From the NCBI RefSeq assembly GCF_001194135.2, contig NC_068991.1:50900359-50956384 (forward strand): a stretch of 56,026 nt of DNA. Direction: 5' to 3'. Origin of the DNA: Octopus bimaculoides (taxonomy: Eukaryota). The translations under genes were made by a program, and so were the position numbers. Positions 1 through 10,726 of the stretch are shown in pieces (position 1 is the stretch's first letter; every line of letters begins with the position of its first letter). The notes below the pieces were generated by a model, which did not search any database, was not told where the DNA came from, and was given only the letters and a program-made list of their open reading frames with translations.

Positions 1-357
1 CTCCTGCAGCTGTCTTACTAGAAATATGGCATCAGTAGTGCTTTTACCTGGCACGAACCCAAACTGCATCTCATCTAAATTGATTCGCTCCCTAATTAGT
101 TGGGCTATGACCCTCTCTGTAACTTTCATAACCTGATCTAACAGCTTGATGCCTCTGTAATTATTTGTATCTAAAGCGTCACCTTTACCTTTGTAGCAGT
201 TGACTATGATGCTGCTACACCAGTCATTGGGTATGACTCCTTCGTGTATCACCTGGTTCGTAATACGGGTGACTAGGTTGTAGCCAACACTGCCAGATAT
301 TTTGAGCATCTCTGCAGTGATTCCTGATGGGCCGGGGGCTTTCCCTGTCTTCATTTT
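1..357 (-). mobile_element. RTE-clade LINE fragment, N-terminal part of the reverse transcriptase; 5'-truncated and running off the window start
   Basis: Minus frame 354->1 is open: MKTGKAPGPSGITAEMLK...IPNDWCSSIIVNCYKGKGDALDTNNYRGIKLL...QFGFVPGKSTTDAIFLVRQLQE. These are typical RTE RT motifs (KAPG, W..S.I, KGKGD...NYRGI.LL, QFGF..G.STTDAIF). Confidence 0.93.
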
Positions 358-359
358 AA

Positions 360-482
360 AAAATTGTTAAAATATTTCGCAAATTGTACATGTATAACCA
401 ATTTATTTCGAATAAATTTTAACAGCAAAAAGTCTTCCCCAGATCCTCAAGAACCATATGGGCCCCTGTTGAGAACCATTGC
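360..482 (-). mobile_element. hAT-like MITE (family E), terminal fragment
   Basis: Ends in TTGAGAACCATTG (reverse complement of a CAGTGGTTCTCAA-like terminus). Homologous to 3232-3421 and 46830-47467. Confidence 0.55.
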
Positions 483-487
483 CTCAA

Positions 488-1010
488 CCCTTTAGCAATC
501 AGATTACTCAGTCAACTGGAATGCCTACTTTTTCACATTGTTTTGAATTAATCAGATATCTTGTAGCTTTGAGATTTCGATGATATGATTGTAGTGGAGG
601 CACAATGGCCCAGTGGTTAGGGCAGCGGACTCATGGTCATAGGATCGTGGTTTCGATTTCCAGAACGGGCGTTGTGAGTGTTTATTGAGAGAAAACACCT
701 AAAGCTCCACGAAGCTCCGGCAGGGGATGGTGGCGAACCCTGCTGTACTCTTTCACCACAACTTTCTCTCACTCTTACTTCCTGTTTCTGTTGTGCCTGT
801 AATTCAAAGGGTCAGCCTTGTCACACTGTGTCACGCTGAATATCCCCGAGAACTGCGTTAAAGGTACACATGTCTGTGGAGTGCTCAGCCACTTGCACAT
901 TAATTTCACGAGCAGGCTGTTCCGTTGATCGGATCAACTGGAACCCTCGATGTCGTAAGCGACGGAGTACCAACAACAACAACGATATGATTGTATATTT
1001 TTAGGATGAC
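488..1010 (+). mobile_element. piggyBac-type MITE (family F) interrupted by a SINE A copy
   Basis: Starts CCCTTTAGCAATCAGATTACTC like the other F copies; the body resumes at 984 after the SINE and is cut by the gap. Confidence 0.75.
594..983 (+). mobile_element. tRNA-derived SINE family A, full length (resembles the octopus OR-type SINEs)
   Basis: tRNA-like head with A box (TGGCCCAGTGG) and B box (GTTTCGATTTCC), (CAA)n tail, and 12-bp TSD GATATGATTGTA at 582-593 and 984-995. Confidence 0.9.
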
Positions 1011-1221
1011 NNNNNNNNNNGGTTTAAGGGATCTTTTAACTTACTCTTTAATAACTTTTGTCCTTGTTTCTTGTCAGTGCACAAATATGTGACTTAAAGA
1101 ATTTCAACCATTTTGGGGTCATATCTATTGTTGAAATTCTCTGCCTTATGAGATTTGTTTAATTTAGAAAATAATTGAAAATTTAGTAAAATAACTTTTC
1201 CACACACGCACGCACGCACGC

Positions 1222-1253
<32 letters not shown>

Positions 1254-1274
1254 CGACCGACCGGCATGTGTCAT

Positions 1275-1830
1275 ATCATCATTATTTAACATACATTTTC
1301 CATGCTGGAATGGGTTGGACTGTTTAACAAGTGTTAGTGAGTTGAGGTTTGGTGGGTTGTTGGGTTGCACCAATTTCTATTGTCTTTACAGGGTGTAGTG
1401 GGTGCATTTTTTGAGACACATCGCCCCACCAGCACTAATGAGGTCACCAATTAACTCACAAGACAAGTCACCCTCAACTGATGGAGTGCAGTATTGAGTA
1501 AGGTGGATTTATACCAGGTGACAAGAGGCTAAAGTATGACAGAGGGACAGGTACATGTGTCTTGCTGTAGGAGAAGGAGATACATGGTTATCCCAGCTAG
1601 AAAAGACAGGAGATGGTGGGTGAAGATGTGTCATGGTGTACCCGCAAATTACACAAAGGCGAATAAAAGAGGAATGGATAGAGTGAGTGGTTAGGTAAAT
1701 AAGTTCATGGGAGTGTGAAGGCGTGTGTTAGATAGATAGAGGTGAACACAGGTGAGGGGGCGTGGTCAATTGTGTGTATCAGTTGGAGGGGAAGATGGAA
1801 GAGGAAGTGGGCGTAGGTCATGGAAGAGTA
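1275..1830 (-). mobile_element. Degenerate RTE-type 3' region (family D variant)
   Basis: CATCATTATTTAACAT...TTTCCATGCTGGAATGGGTTGGAC matches the reverse complement of the (GAT)n-tailed RTE 3' end at 54722-54880. Confidence 0.6.
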
Positions 1831-2170
1831 CATTTCAATTGACTCTTTTTAATACTTTAAAAGCAGGCATCATCAATTGATGTTTCAAAAATTTCACGTG
1901 GATATGATCCATCATCAAAGGAAAGTGAATATTTTATGGCACTTTTCAATAATGGGATTGTAGATGTTATTGTGGGACAGACTAATAATTATTACAGTTT
2001 TTGTACATATTTACAGGGAAAATAAGTATAAAAATTACCCTTACTAAAAGAGATTTTTTGGGGGTTTTTGCCTGTTTTGGCACATACATTCATGTAACCC
2101 TTTCCCATCATTTAAAGATTGATGCAGACCACTGCTGCCATTCAGGTTTTGATAATCTTGGGATATCTTT

Positions 2171-2599
2171 TCTTTTATCTTTTACTTGTTTCAGTCATTA
2201 GACTGTGGCCATGCTGGGGCACTACCTTGAAGAATTCTTAGTTGACTGAATCGACCCCCCCAAGACTTATTTTCTAAAGCCTGGTACTTACTCTATCGGT
2301 CTACTTTGCCAAAGAGCTAAGTTATGGGGATGTAAAGAAACCAACATTGGTTGTCAAGCAGTGGTGGTGGGACAAACACAGACACATGGACACACAGTCA
2401 CACACACACACACACTTACACACAATACACACACACATGAGGTGGGGTTCTTTCAGTTTCCGTCTAACAGATCCACTCACAAGGCTTTCTTTGGTTGGCC
2501 CAGAGCTATAGTAGAAGACACTTTGTCCAAGGTGCCACACAGTGGGACTGAGTCCCAGACTATGTGGTTTGGAAGCAAACTCCTTACCACACAGCCACA
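2171..2599 (-). mobile_element. SINE family B, full length, with internal (CA)n
   Basis: Reverse complement of the consensus seen at 8135-8540 and 31558-31977. Confidence 0.88.
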
Positions 2600-2798
2600 T
2601 ATTTCAAATTTTAATTAATTTACTTTTGAATTTGTTGAACATTGGTTAATCTAGTTTTTAAAAGTTTCTTCTTTGAAGTTTAAATACAGAAATGATTCAC
2701 AACATCCAACATTGACCAAGAAAGTCTCTTCTGCCAATGAAGTAACTTTTACATAGCCACTCTTTCTGCTAGAAATGACAGTCAAATCTCCCTAAAAT

Positions 2799-3008
2799 GT
2801 GTTTAGGACATTTACCCCCCATGGACAATAACCTCACAAGGACAATTACCCCTGCGGACAACAGATGATGATTTAAAACTTCTTAATATATTGGAGAGCG
2901 GGTAATTAACCAAGTTGGGTTATTGTCCTGGGAGTAGTTGTTGTCAGGGGAAATTGTCCTATGGGGGAAGGGGTAATTGTCCTAGGTGGGTAATTGTCCT
3001 GATACACC
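2799..3008. mobile_element. Small foldback MITE with repeated GGACAATTACC sub-terminal motifs
   Basis: Imperfect TIR GTGTTTAGGACATTTACC / GGTAATTGTCCTGATACAC. Three GGACA(A/T)T motifs on the left arm mirror four inverted ones on the right. Confidence 0.65.
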
Positions 3009-3069
3009 TTAAAATCACACCCAGCTATATTTATTTAAAAAAAATGAAAAACACATTAGATAATGGTCA

Positions 3070-3229
3070 CAGGTGTAGCGGTGCAATAAAAAGCTTGCTT
3101 CTCAACTGCATGGTTCTGGGTTCAGTTCCACTGTGTGGCACCTTGGGCAAGTGTCTTGTGCTATAACCTTGGGCTGACCAAAGTGAGTGGATTTGGTAGA
3201 CGGAAACTAAAAGAAGCCTGTTATATATA
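3070..3229 (+). mobile_element. SINE family B, 5' half
   Basis: GGTTCAGTTCCACTGTGTGGCACCTTGGGCAAGTGTCTT...GTGGATTTGGTAGACGGAAACT. Confidence 0.75.
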
Positions 3230-3231
3230 CA

Positions 3232-3421
3232 TTGAATGTTAGTAGGAATTGTACAAATAAATAATTGTTGAAATATTTTGTGTATTGTAAAAGCATAACC
3301 AATTTTAATTGCACATAGATTTTAACCAAAAAATCTTATATGGCCCCCTAAGGGTCATATCGATCCCCATGGGCCATATGGAACCCCAAGAGCCATATGG
3401 AGTCCATTTGAGAACCACTAG
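3232..3421 (-). mobile_element. hAT-like MITE (family E), terminal fragment
   Basis: Ends TTTGAGAACCACTAG and carries about three copies of the ~20-bp CCATATG-containing sub-terminal unit also seen at 46845-46915. Confidence 0.6.
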
Positions 3422-3629
3422 TTCAGACAAAGTAAAAACATGATGGTAACTCTCAAGTTTAATCTGTAAAACACTGCAGCATAGCTGCTGGGTGGGGTGC
3501 ACTGGGGTGACTAACTCCGAGCAATGCTTTTATGAGAGTGACACTTTTGGGTCTGCTGTATAAGTCTGTAAGGAAGGTATAAGTCTGTAAGAGAGGGGAG
3601 GTTGGAAAACTCAAGGGCAGCAGACACTC

Positions 3630-4060
3630 TAGCTATGCTATTGGTAAGATGTGTAAGACATTTCACTTCCCAATCATATGGTTCTGGGTTCAGTCCCATT
3701 GCATGGCATCTCGGACAAGCGCTTTCATCTATAAACTTAGACTGATCAAAGGGTTGTGAGTGGATTTGAGGATTTGGTAGACAAAATTTGAAAGCAGCCC
3801 ATTGTGTGTGTGTTATGGTTCCTTGTCTTGATCATTGTGTGGTAGTTGTAAACATGCATCACTACCATATAAGGAGTGTTATTCATTTCTGACATACCTT
3901 GAAAATATACCCAGCCATAGCGAAATATCTTACTTGGATAGAAGTGAGGGACAGTAAGAGAAAAAGGCAGCTGGCCATAGAAAATCTGTCACAATGAATT
4001 CCATCCGAGTCCTGCAAGCATCGAAACGTGGATGTTAAAGACGATGACGGCGATATGTAT
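3630..4060 (+). mobile_element. Degenerate SINE B' (B-type head with RTE-like 3' tail)
   Basis: B head and core at 3630-3800, then GGCCATAGAAAATCTG...GCAAGCATCGAAACGTGGATGTTAAAGACGATGAC, resembling the RTE 3' end. Confidence 0.55.
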
Positions 4061-4122
4061 ATCATCATTATTATCATCATCATCGTCATCATCACTACCA
4101 CCACCATCATCATCATCTTCAC

Positions 4123-4168
<46 letters not shown>
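4060..4168. repeat. (ATC)n/(ACC)n microsatellite
   Basis: Read directly; it is the source of the poly-M, poly-I and poly-S ORFs. Confidence 0.95.
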
Positions 4169-4817
4169 GTTCTACACCAGCTTTGCATGCTGGCATGGGT
4201 TGGTCAGGGCATTGTAGTATGAATTGCTTCTTATTGGGAGCAACAAATTCAAAGACTAGGTGCTCATATGTGTCATTTTTGCTTGGTTTCTATCGTTGGA
4301 GATCCTTCCAATATCAGCCACTTTACACAGTGTGTTGGGGTGCATTTTCTTGCGGCAGCAAGACTGGAGAGACTTGGTGAGGTAGGACTAATGTGCGTGT
4401 GTGTGTGTGTGTTGCCTGTAAGATGTGCTTGATATGCTTTGATAAAAATAATGCCTGCCAGAAAAGTTATTCCATCATAACTATTTACTATTTAACTTCT
4501 AGTTGTGTCAGTGACTGCTGAGCTTTTACAAATTCACTTCACTTTCCCTTCTTGCCAAATCTTGACCATAATCAGGAACCTTACACAAGGATGGTTTCCT
4601 TAAAACTGACTTGTATTAACACTCAGTTTAAAAGTGTGAAGATAATCTTCAATAGTGATTTGGTAACTCAGGAAGATTTGGTAACTCAGGAAGAAAATAC
4701 TATTTTCATTGTATTTTTTATAACTTTTAGTCTTGGAGATTTCTATCACAGATTATACATGGAGACAATTGATCTAATACCAAATTCTTAATACATTTTC
4801 TTCCCTCTCCATTTTAA

Positions 4818-5038
4818 CTCTTTAGCATTCAAATTACTCTGTCAAATGCATTGCTTATTTAATCTCATTGTTTTAAAATATTCAAACATTATATTGTCAT
4901 TTCAAGATTTTGATCACATGATTGTTTATTTTTATAATGACTATTCAGGGTAAAGTGTGAGAGGCTTGATCTGGCTTGTTTGAATGTAAAGCAGGCAGAA
5001 TATTTGGACTGGGTATAGCCAGTTTAAATGCTGAAGGG
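4818..5038 (+). mobile_element. piggyBac-type MITE (family F), complete
   Basis: TTAA at 4814-4817 and 5039-5042 flank imperfect TIRs CTCTTTAGCATT / AATGCTGAAGGG. Confidence 0.82.
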
Positions 5039-5574
5039 TTAAAGATTCACTGATATCTTGTCTGCTTCTCCTAGTTTCCTTCAAAGTTTTTGGCCAATTT
5101 TCTCATCTAACCATTCAAAGGCATTGCACAGTAGTGTAGCTAGAGGGTGGGGACCAGTGCATCTCAGGCAGTGCTTTTATAGTAGTGGCACTTTAGGGTT
5201 TGGTATTGAAGCCTATACAGGCTTGGGGATACTTGGGGGCTGGATGGGGAAGTGGCAAACTGAAGGGCTGTCCCAGTTGGCACAAACTCTGGTTATGCCA
5301 CTGGCTCTGCAGTTCTAATACAAGTTTCTTTGACACTGATTCTGATGCTTAGCTCTTTGTCTCATCAGAGTTGTTTCTTGGAATCGTTCCTTCATCAATC
5401 ATTCTGCCATTCCTTCAGCCTCATCAAGCTGTCTTCTCTCCTTTATTCACTGTCACTAAATCATTTCACGTGTGACGAACTAGAACTGGTGCGACTTTCT
5501 ATAATGCTTCTGCCTGCCTTGCAATAACACAAAGCATGTTGTTGATAGCTTTCTACTGAATAGCTGGGTCACTG

Positions 5575-5575
5575 T

Positions 5576-5616
<41 letters not shown>

Positions 5617-5699
5617 GCACATACACACATTAATGTTTATAGTTATGTGTATAAAATATATCTTTTTATATATGTATCTATAGATATACATTTTTACAT

Positions 5700-5763
<64 letters not shown>

Positions 5764-6135
5764 TATGTATATATGTCTGTTATATACACATATATATATA
5801 TATATAAATGTGTGTATGCATATATTTTGCACACTTGTAAATAATTACAAACATTTATAAACACATACTTGCATCTCTTTAGATACAAGCACGCATATAC
5901 ACACTCATACACACACATACACACACACATATACATGCACAAGTTCCTGTATGCAGACATTAGTATTTACACGCAGATTTGTCAACATACACAATAAACA
6001 CATGCACATATGAATAGAACACATGCACACACGCATACACATACATACGTACATACACTCACAAACATACATACATACACACACACATACCTACATACAT
6101 ACATACATACATACATATATACATACATACTCCTA
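5575..6135. repeat. Compound (CA)n/(TA)n/(TACA)n microsatellite
   Basis: Read directly. Confidence 0.95.
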
Positions 6136-6467
6136 TACTAATACCCTAACCAGAGCATCCTGTTTCTGCTAATCTCATGTGGTGTGTTTCGTCCAGTAGA
6201 CTGATTATTGACACAGATCTGTCACACTTCCTGATCTCTTTTGGTGTAATCCCAGCAGTTGCAGTAGTAGCAGTGGTAGCAATGACGTCATCATCATCAT
6301 CATCATCGTTGTTGTTGTCACCACCTCCACCACCACCACCATTGTCATAATTATCAACATCATCACCATAAACATGAACAACAATAGAAACTGCTATCTC
6401 TACAAGTTTTTGTTAAATGGTTCCAATGAATCAGCTGCATTCGCTTCAAAGAACTCCAACAGTAACA

Positions 6468-6498
<31 letters not shown>

Positions 6499-6860
6499 CA
6501 ACAACAACGGCACCATGTGCTCTTGGTGTTTTTAGCAGCTTCTTTGATTATATCAAACATATAAAGAACAGGGCCACCCCCACCCTGCCTCTTGCCTCCT
6601 GAAATTGGCGGTGGTGATGGTGGTGGGGTGCAGAGATGGGGGAGTTAGCGATTAGATAAATAGGGGGAGATGGAGGTGGTGGAAAGATGGAGGTACAACA
6701 GGTGAGTAGGAAGGCGGGGGGGGGGAGGAGATTGGGGAGGATGATAGAGGAAATGACATGAAATTTGGCGGGAGAGAAAAGAGATAGAGAGGAGGAGGAA
6801 TGTAAANNNNNNNNNNNNNNNNNNNNNNNNNNNNNNNNNNNNNNNNNNNNNNNNNNNNNN

Positions 6861-6892
<32 letters not shown>

Positions 6893-7677
6893 TGAGAAAG
6901 AGGGTAAAGTGTGTGTGTGTTAAAGAGAGGAGAAAAGTTAAAAGAGGAAGAGGAGGAGAAAGAAGATGATGATGATGATGAGGAGGAGGAAGAGGAAATG
7001 AAAAGAGAAAGAAAGAGAGATTCTGCTAAAAGAGGAGAAAATGAAGATGCAGAAGATATTATTTACTGAGTTTTTTTTTTTTTATTATTTTCTTTTTTCT
7101 GTGTTTCTATCCCTGAATATTTTCACAAAAACCTATCAGGAACGGTAGTATTTCTCTCCTGTCAAGGTTTATATACAAATTACCACAAACAAAACAAAAA
7201 TCCCCCAAAAAAAAATTTTTTTAAATTATAAAAAAAAAGAAAAGAAGAAAACGAAAATAGCTCAAGAGAAGTTGTTTTTTTTTTATTGTTTGTTTTATCT
7301 CGTTTATTGATTTCTGCACATTTTAACGTGGTTTATTTTCTAATCTGTTTGACAAACAAAATGTGGCATGTTCACATACATTTTGCATTGCTGACAAACA
7401 CAATTGGTTGTTGCTCTGTCGAAGTATGTATTAGCAAATCACTTGACTATCATTGGCTTCCTCTCTTAATCCCAACCACCATCACCACCACATCGTCAAC
7501 AACACCACCACCATCACCATTGCTATTAATCAACCAAGCATTCATCAATTGACAGTCCTGCTTTCTATACAAACCTCCCAATAATAATAATGATAATAAT
7601 AATAATAATAATGGTGGTGGTAGTGGTAGTAGTAGTAGTAGTAGTAGTAGCAGTGCCAGCTGTAGTAATAGCCTCCC

Positions 7678-7723
<46 letters not shown>

Positions 7724-7726
7724 TTC

Positions 7727-7960
7727 ATCTTTCCTATTATAGGCACAAGGCCTGAAATTTGCGGTGGGTGGGTGGTGTGACAGTTGATTACATTGAGCCC
7801 AGTACTCAGCTGGTACTAAATTTATCGACCCCCACCCCCATCCCCGAAAGTATGAAAGGTAAAGTCAACCTCGGTGGAATTTGAACTCAGAAAGTCGCGA
7901 TGGGTGAAATACTGCTAAGCATTTCGTCCAGCATGCTAACAGTTCAGTCAGCTCGCCATC

Positions 7961-7962
<2 letters not shown>
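7727..7962 (-). mobile_element. SINE family C embedded in (TAA)n
   Basis: Minus strand shows a tRNA-like head (GGCGAGCTG..., GAGTTCAAATTCC), the central CTTTCAT..TTTCGGGG...ATAAATTTAGTACC domain and the GGCCTTGTGCCTATAATAG tail; TAA runs on both sides. Confidence 0.85.
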
Positions 7963-7992
<30 letters not shown>

Positions 7993-7997
<5 letters not shown>

Positions 7998-8112
7998 TTT
8001 CATATTTTTTGCCACAAGGGCAGCTTGTGGGAGGAGATTAAGTTGATTACATTGACTCCAGTGCATAACTGGTACTTAATTTATTGACCCTGATAGGATG
8101 AAAGGCAAAGTC
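7993..8112 (-). mobile_element. SINE family C, 3' half
   Basis: GTTGATTACATTGACTCCAGTGCATAACTGGTACTTAATTTATTGACCCTGATAGGATGAAAGGCAAAGTCG. Confidence 0.75.
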
Positions 8113-8134
8113 GAATAATAATGATTTCTTTATT

Positions 8135-8540
8135 GTGGCTGTGTGGTAAGTAGCTTGCTTACCAACCACATGGTTCCGGGTTCAGTCCCACTGTGTGGCA
8201 CCTTGGGCAAGTGTCTTCTACTATAGCCTTGGGCCGACCAATGCCTTGTGAGTGGATTTGGTAGAAGGAAACTGAAAGAAGCCCGTCATATATATATATA
8301 TGTGTGTGTGTGTGTGTATGTTTGTGTGTCTGTGTTTGTCCCCCCACCATCGCTTGACAACTGATGCTGGTGTGTTTACGTCCCCGTAACTTAGCGGTTT
8401 GGCAAAAAGAGACCGATAGTATAAGTACTAGGCTTACAAAGAATAAGTCCTGGGGTCGATTTGCTCGACTAAAGGTGGTGCTCCAGCATGGCCACAGTCA
8501 AATGACTGAAACAAGTAAAAGAGTAAAAGAGTAAAAGAGT
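8135..8540 (+). mobile_element. SINE family B, full length
   Basis: Head GTGGCTGTGTGGTAAGTAGC...GGTTCAGTCCC, CORE-like CACCTTGGGCAAGTGTCTT, internal (TA)n(TG)n, (GAGTAAAA)n tail. Confidence 0.9.
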
Positions 8541-8936
8541 GAAAACCAAAAACAATAATCAAATATAACAACAAAATTCCTAATAATAGTAGTAGTAGTA
8601 GCAGTGGTGGTGGTGATAGTAATGATGATGATGTTACTGTTGTTCGTCTTATTCCCATTATGTTGACATGTATTAAACATACAACTATGAAAGAAACCCC
8701 AGAATGCTCTACTAAGGCTGGGTAGATCCACTCAGGGTTTCTTTGTTAGGGTTGTCTTTTTTCCCCAATCTTGAATTGTGCATTCATGGATTAAGTTGAG
8801 CTTTTCATTAATGTTCATTAATATTCATTATAACACTCTCTCTAAGGCAAGAAAGAAAAATTCATACATAATTGTGTGTGTGTGTATGTGTGTGCGTGTG
8901 TATGTGTGCGTGTGTGTGTGTGTTTGTATGTGTGCA

Positions 8937-8971
<35 letters not shown>

Positions 8972-9064
8972 GTATACACACATACATATGTATATATACT
9001 TATATATCTATATAGTGGTGCTCCAGCATAAACACAGCCGCATGGCTGAAATGAGTAAATGAGT

Positions 9065-9098
<34 letters not shown>

Positions 9099-9473
9099 NN
9101 NNNNNNNNNNNNNNNNNNNNNNNNNNNNNNNNNNNNNNNNNNNNNNNNNNNNNNNNNNNNNNNNNNNNNNNNNNNNNNNNNNNNNNNNNNNNNNNNNNNN
9201 NNNNNNNNNNNNNNNNNNNNNNNNNNNNNNNNNNNNNNNNNNNNNNNNNNNNNNNNNNNNNNNNNNNNNNNNNNNNNNNNNNNNNNNNNNNNNNNNNNNN
9301 NNNNNNNNNNNNNNNNNNNNNNNNNNNNNNNNNNNNNNNNNNNNNNNNNNNNNNNNNNNNNNNNNNNNNNNNNNNNNNNNNNNNNNNNNNNNNNNNNNNN
9401 NNNNNNNNNNNNNNNNNNNNNNNNNNNNNNNNNNNNNNNNNTATATATACAGACTCACACACACACACTCCAC

Positions 9474-9511
<38 letters not shown>

Positions 9512-9670
9512 CTATTATAAATAAGGGCAAAAAGAAAAGATTTTCTTTGCCATTATGCAGAGAAATAGACGCTAAACTGTCTAACCACAAAAAAATATTT
9601 TCACTTATATTATTACACCACGTGTCGAAACGAGAAAGCAAGCTAACAGAAATTTATAAAAATGTAGTTA

Positions 9671-9732
9671 TCCTCAAATCGGTTCTGATTTCTGGATTAA
9701 TCCAAAAAGGATTCTTCCTTCATCAGTGAGGA
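9671..9732 (-). ncRNA. Type I hammerhead ribozyme motif HHR1, core intact
   Basis: 5'-UCCUCA CUGAUGA A GGA AG AAUCC UUUUU GGAUU AA UCC A GAAA UC AGAACC GA U U^UGAGGA-3'. 6-bp stem I, bipartite stem II, 3-bp stem III, AUU cleavage triplet. Confidence 0.85.
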
Positions 9733-9869
9733 ACACAATATGAAAATAAATGAAATACTTCGACATATCCACAGAAAAGCAGATGCAAAGTCATGAATAC
9801 ATTTAAGTACTCCAAATATATCCAAACAGAAATTGCATAGCAAGCCTCGGCACAAGTGTAGTCGTCCAG

Positions 9870-9914
<45 letters not shown>

Positions 9915-9934
9915 ACACGCATACATATATATAT

Positions 9935-10142
9935 GTGAAGGCGCATGGCTCAGTGGTTAGAGCTTCGAGCTTACAATCGTGACGTTGTGAATTCGATTCT
10001 CGGAACGGGCTGCTTGTTGTGCCCTTGAGCAAGACACTTTATTTCACATTGCTCCAGTTCACTCAGCTGTAGAAATGAGTTGCGACATCACAGGTGCCAA
10101 GCTGTATCAGCCTTTGCCTTTCCCTTGGATAATGCTGGTGGC
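9935..10142 (+). mobile_element. tRNA-derived SINE related to family A, different body
   Basis: Head GTGAAGGCGCATGGCTCAGTGGTTAG...GAATTCGATTCTC, then CCCTTGAGCAAGACACTT...CACTCAGCTGTAGAAATGAGT. A degenerate relative lies at 35960-36240. Confidence 0.8.
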
Positions 10143-10678
10143 CAGCAGTTTTAGGTTAATGAGCTAGACGATTACATCAACCCCACTGCTCAATTAGTAT
10201 TTATTTTATTAACTTTGAAAAGTTGAAAGGCAAAGTAGATCTCAATGGAATTTAAACTCAGAATTTAATGAATCAGAAGAAATATTGCTATGCATTTTAT
10301 CTGATATGTTAATGATTCTGAATTTGAGGGTAATGTTATTCTGATGATGGGAATACAGTGTTCAGAGCACCCTTTGTATCAAGTAAAGAAAAACAAAACG
10401 AAACAGAATCTTTTTTCTAAATGACAGGTTAATGTAGAAGATTGTTTGATAATTCTTTAAGATTATCTCCCTTTCTCATTTGGAGTCAGTTGCAATTACT
10501 ACTAGGAGTTAGTTTACTTTCTCCCAAAGCAAAGATAGAGTTCTGTAAATTAGAAATTCTATTGTGTGTGATATTTAATATAACTTTGTCTTTGTTGCCC
10601 AAATTCATGTTGTTAACCACTGAAAGTAGTATCTCATAGTTCATTTTACTTACACACACATGCATGCATGCACCCACG

Positions 10679-10726
<48 letters not shown>

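Noticed and set aside
594-670. tRNA-like sequences at SINE heads (also 9935, 26740-26816, 43700-43772 and the C heads)
   Set aside because: A and B boxes are present but they run into SINE bodies with tails and TSDs; no complete cloverleaf.
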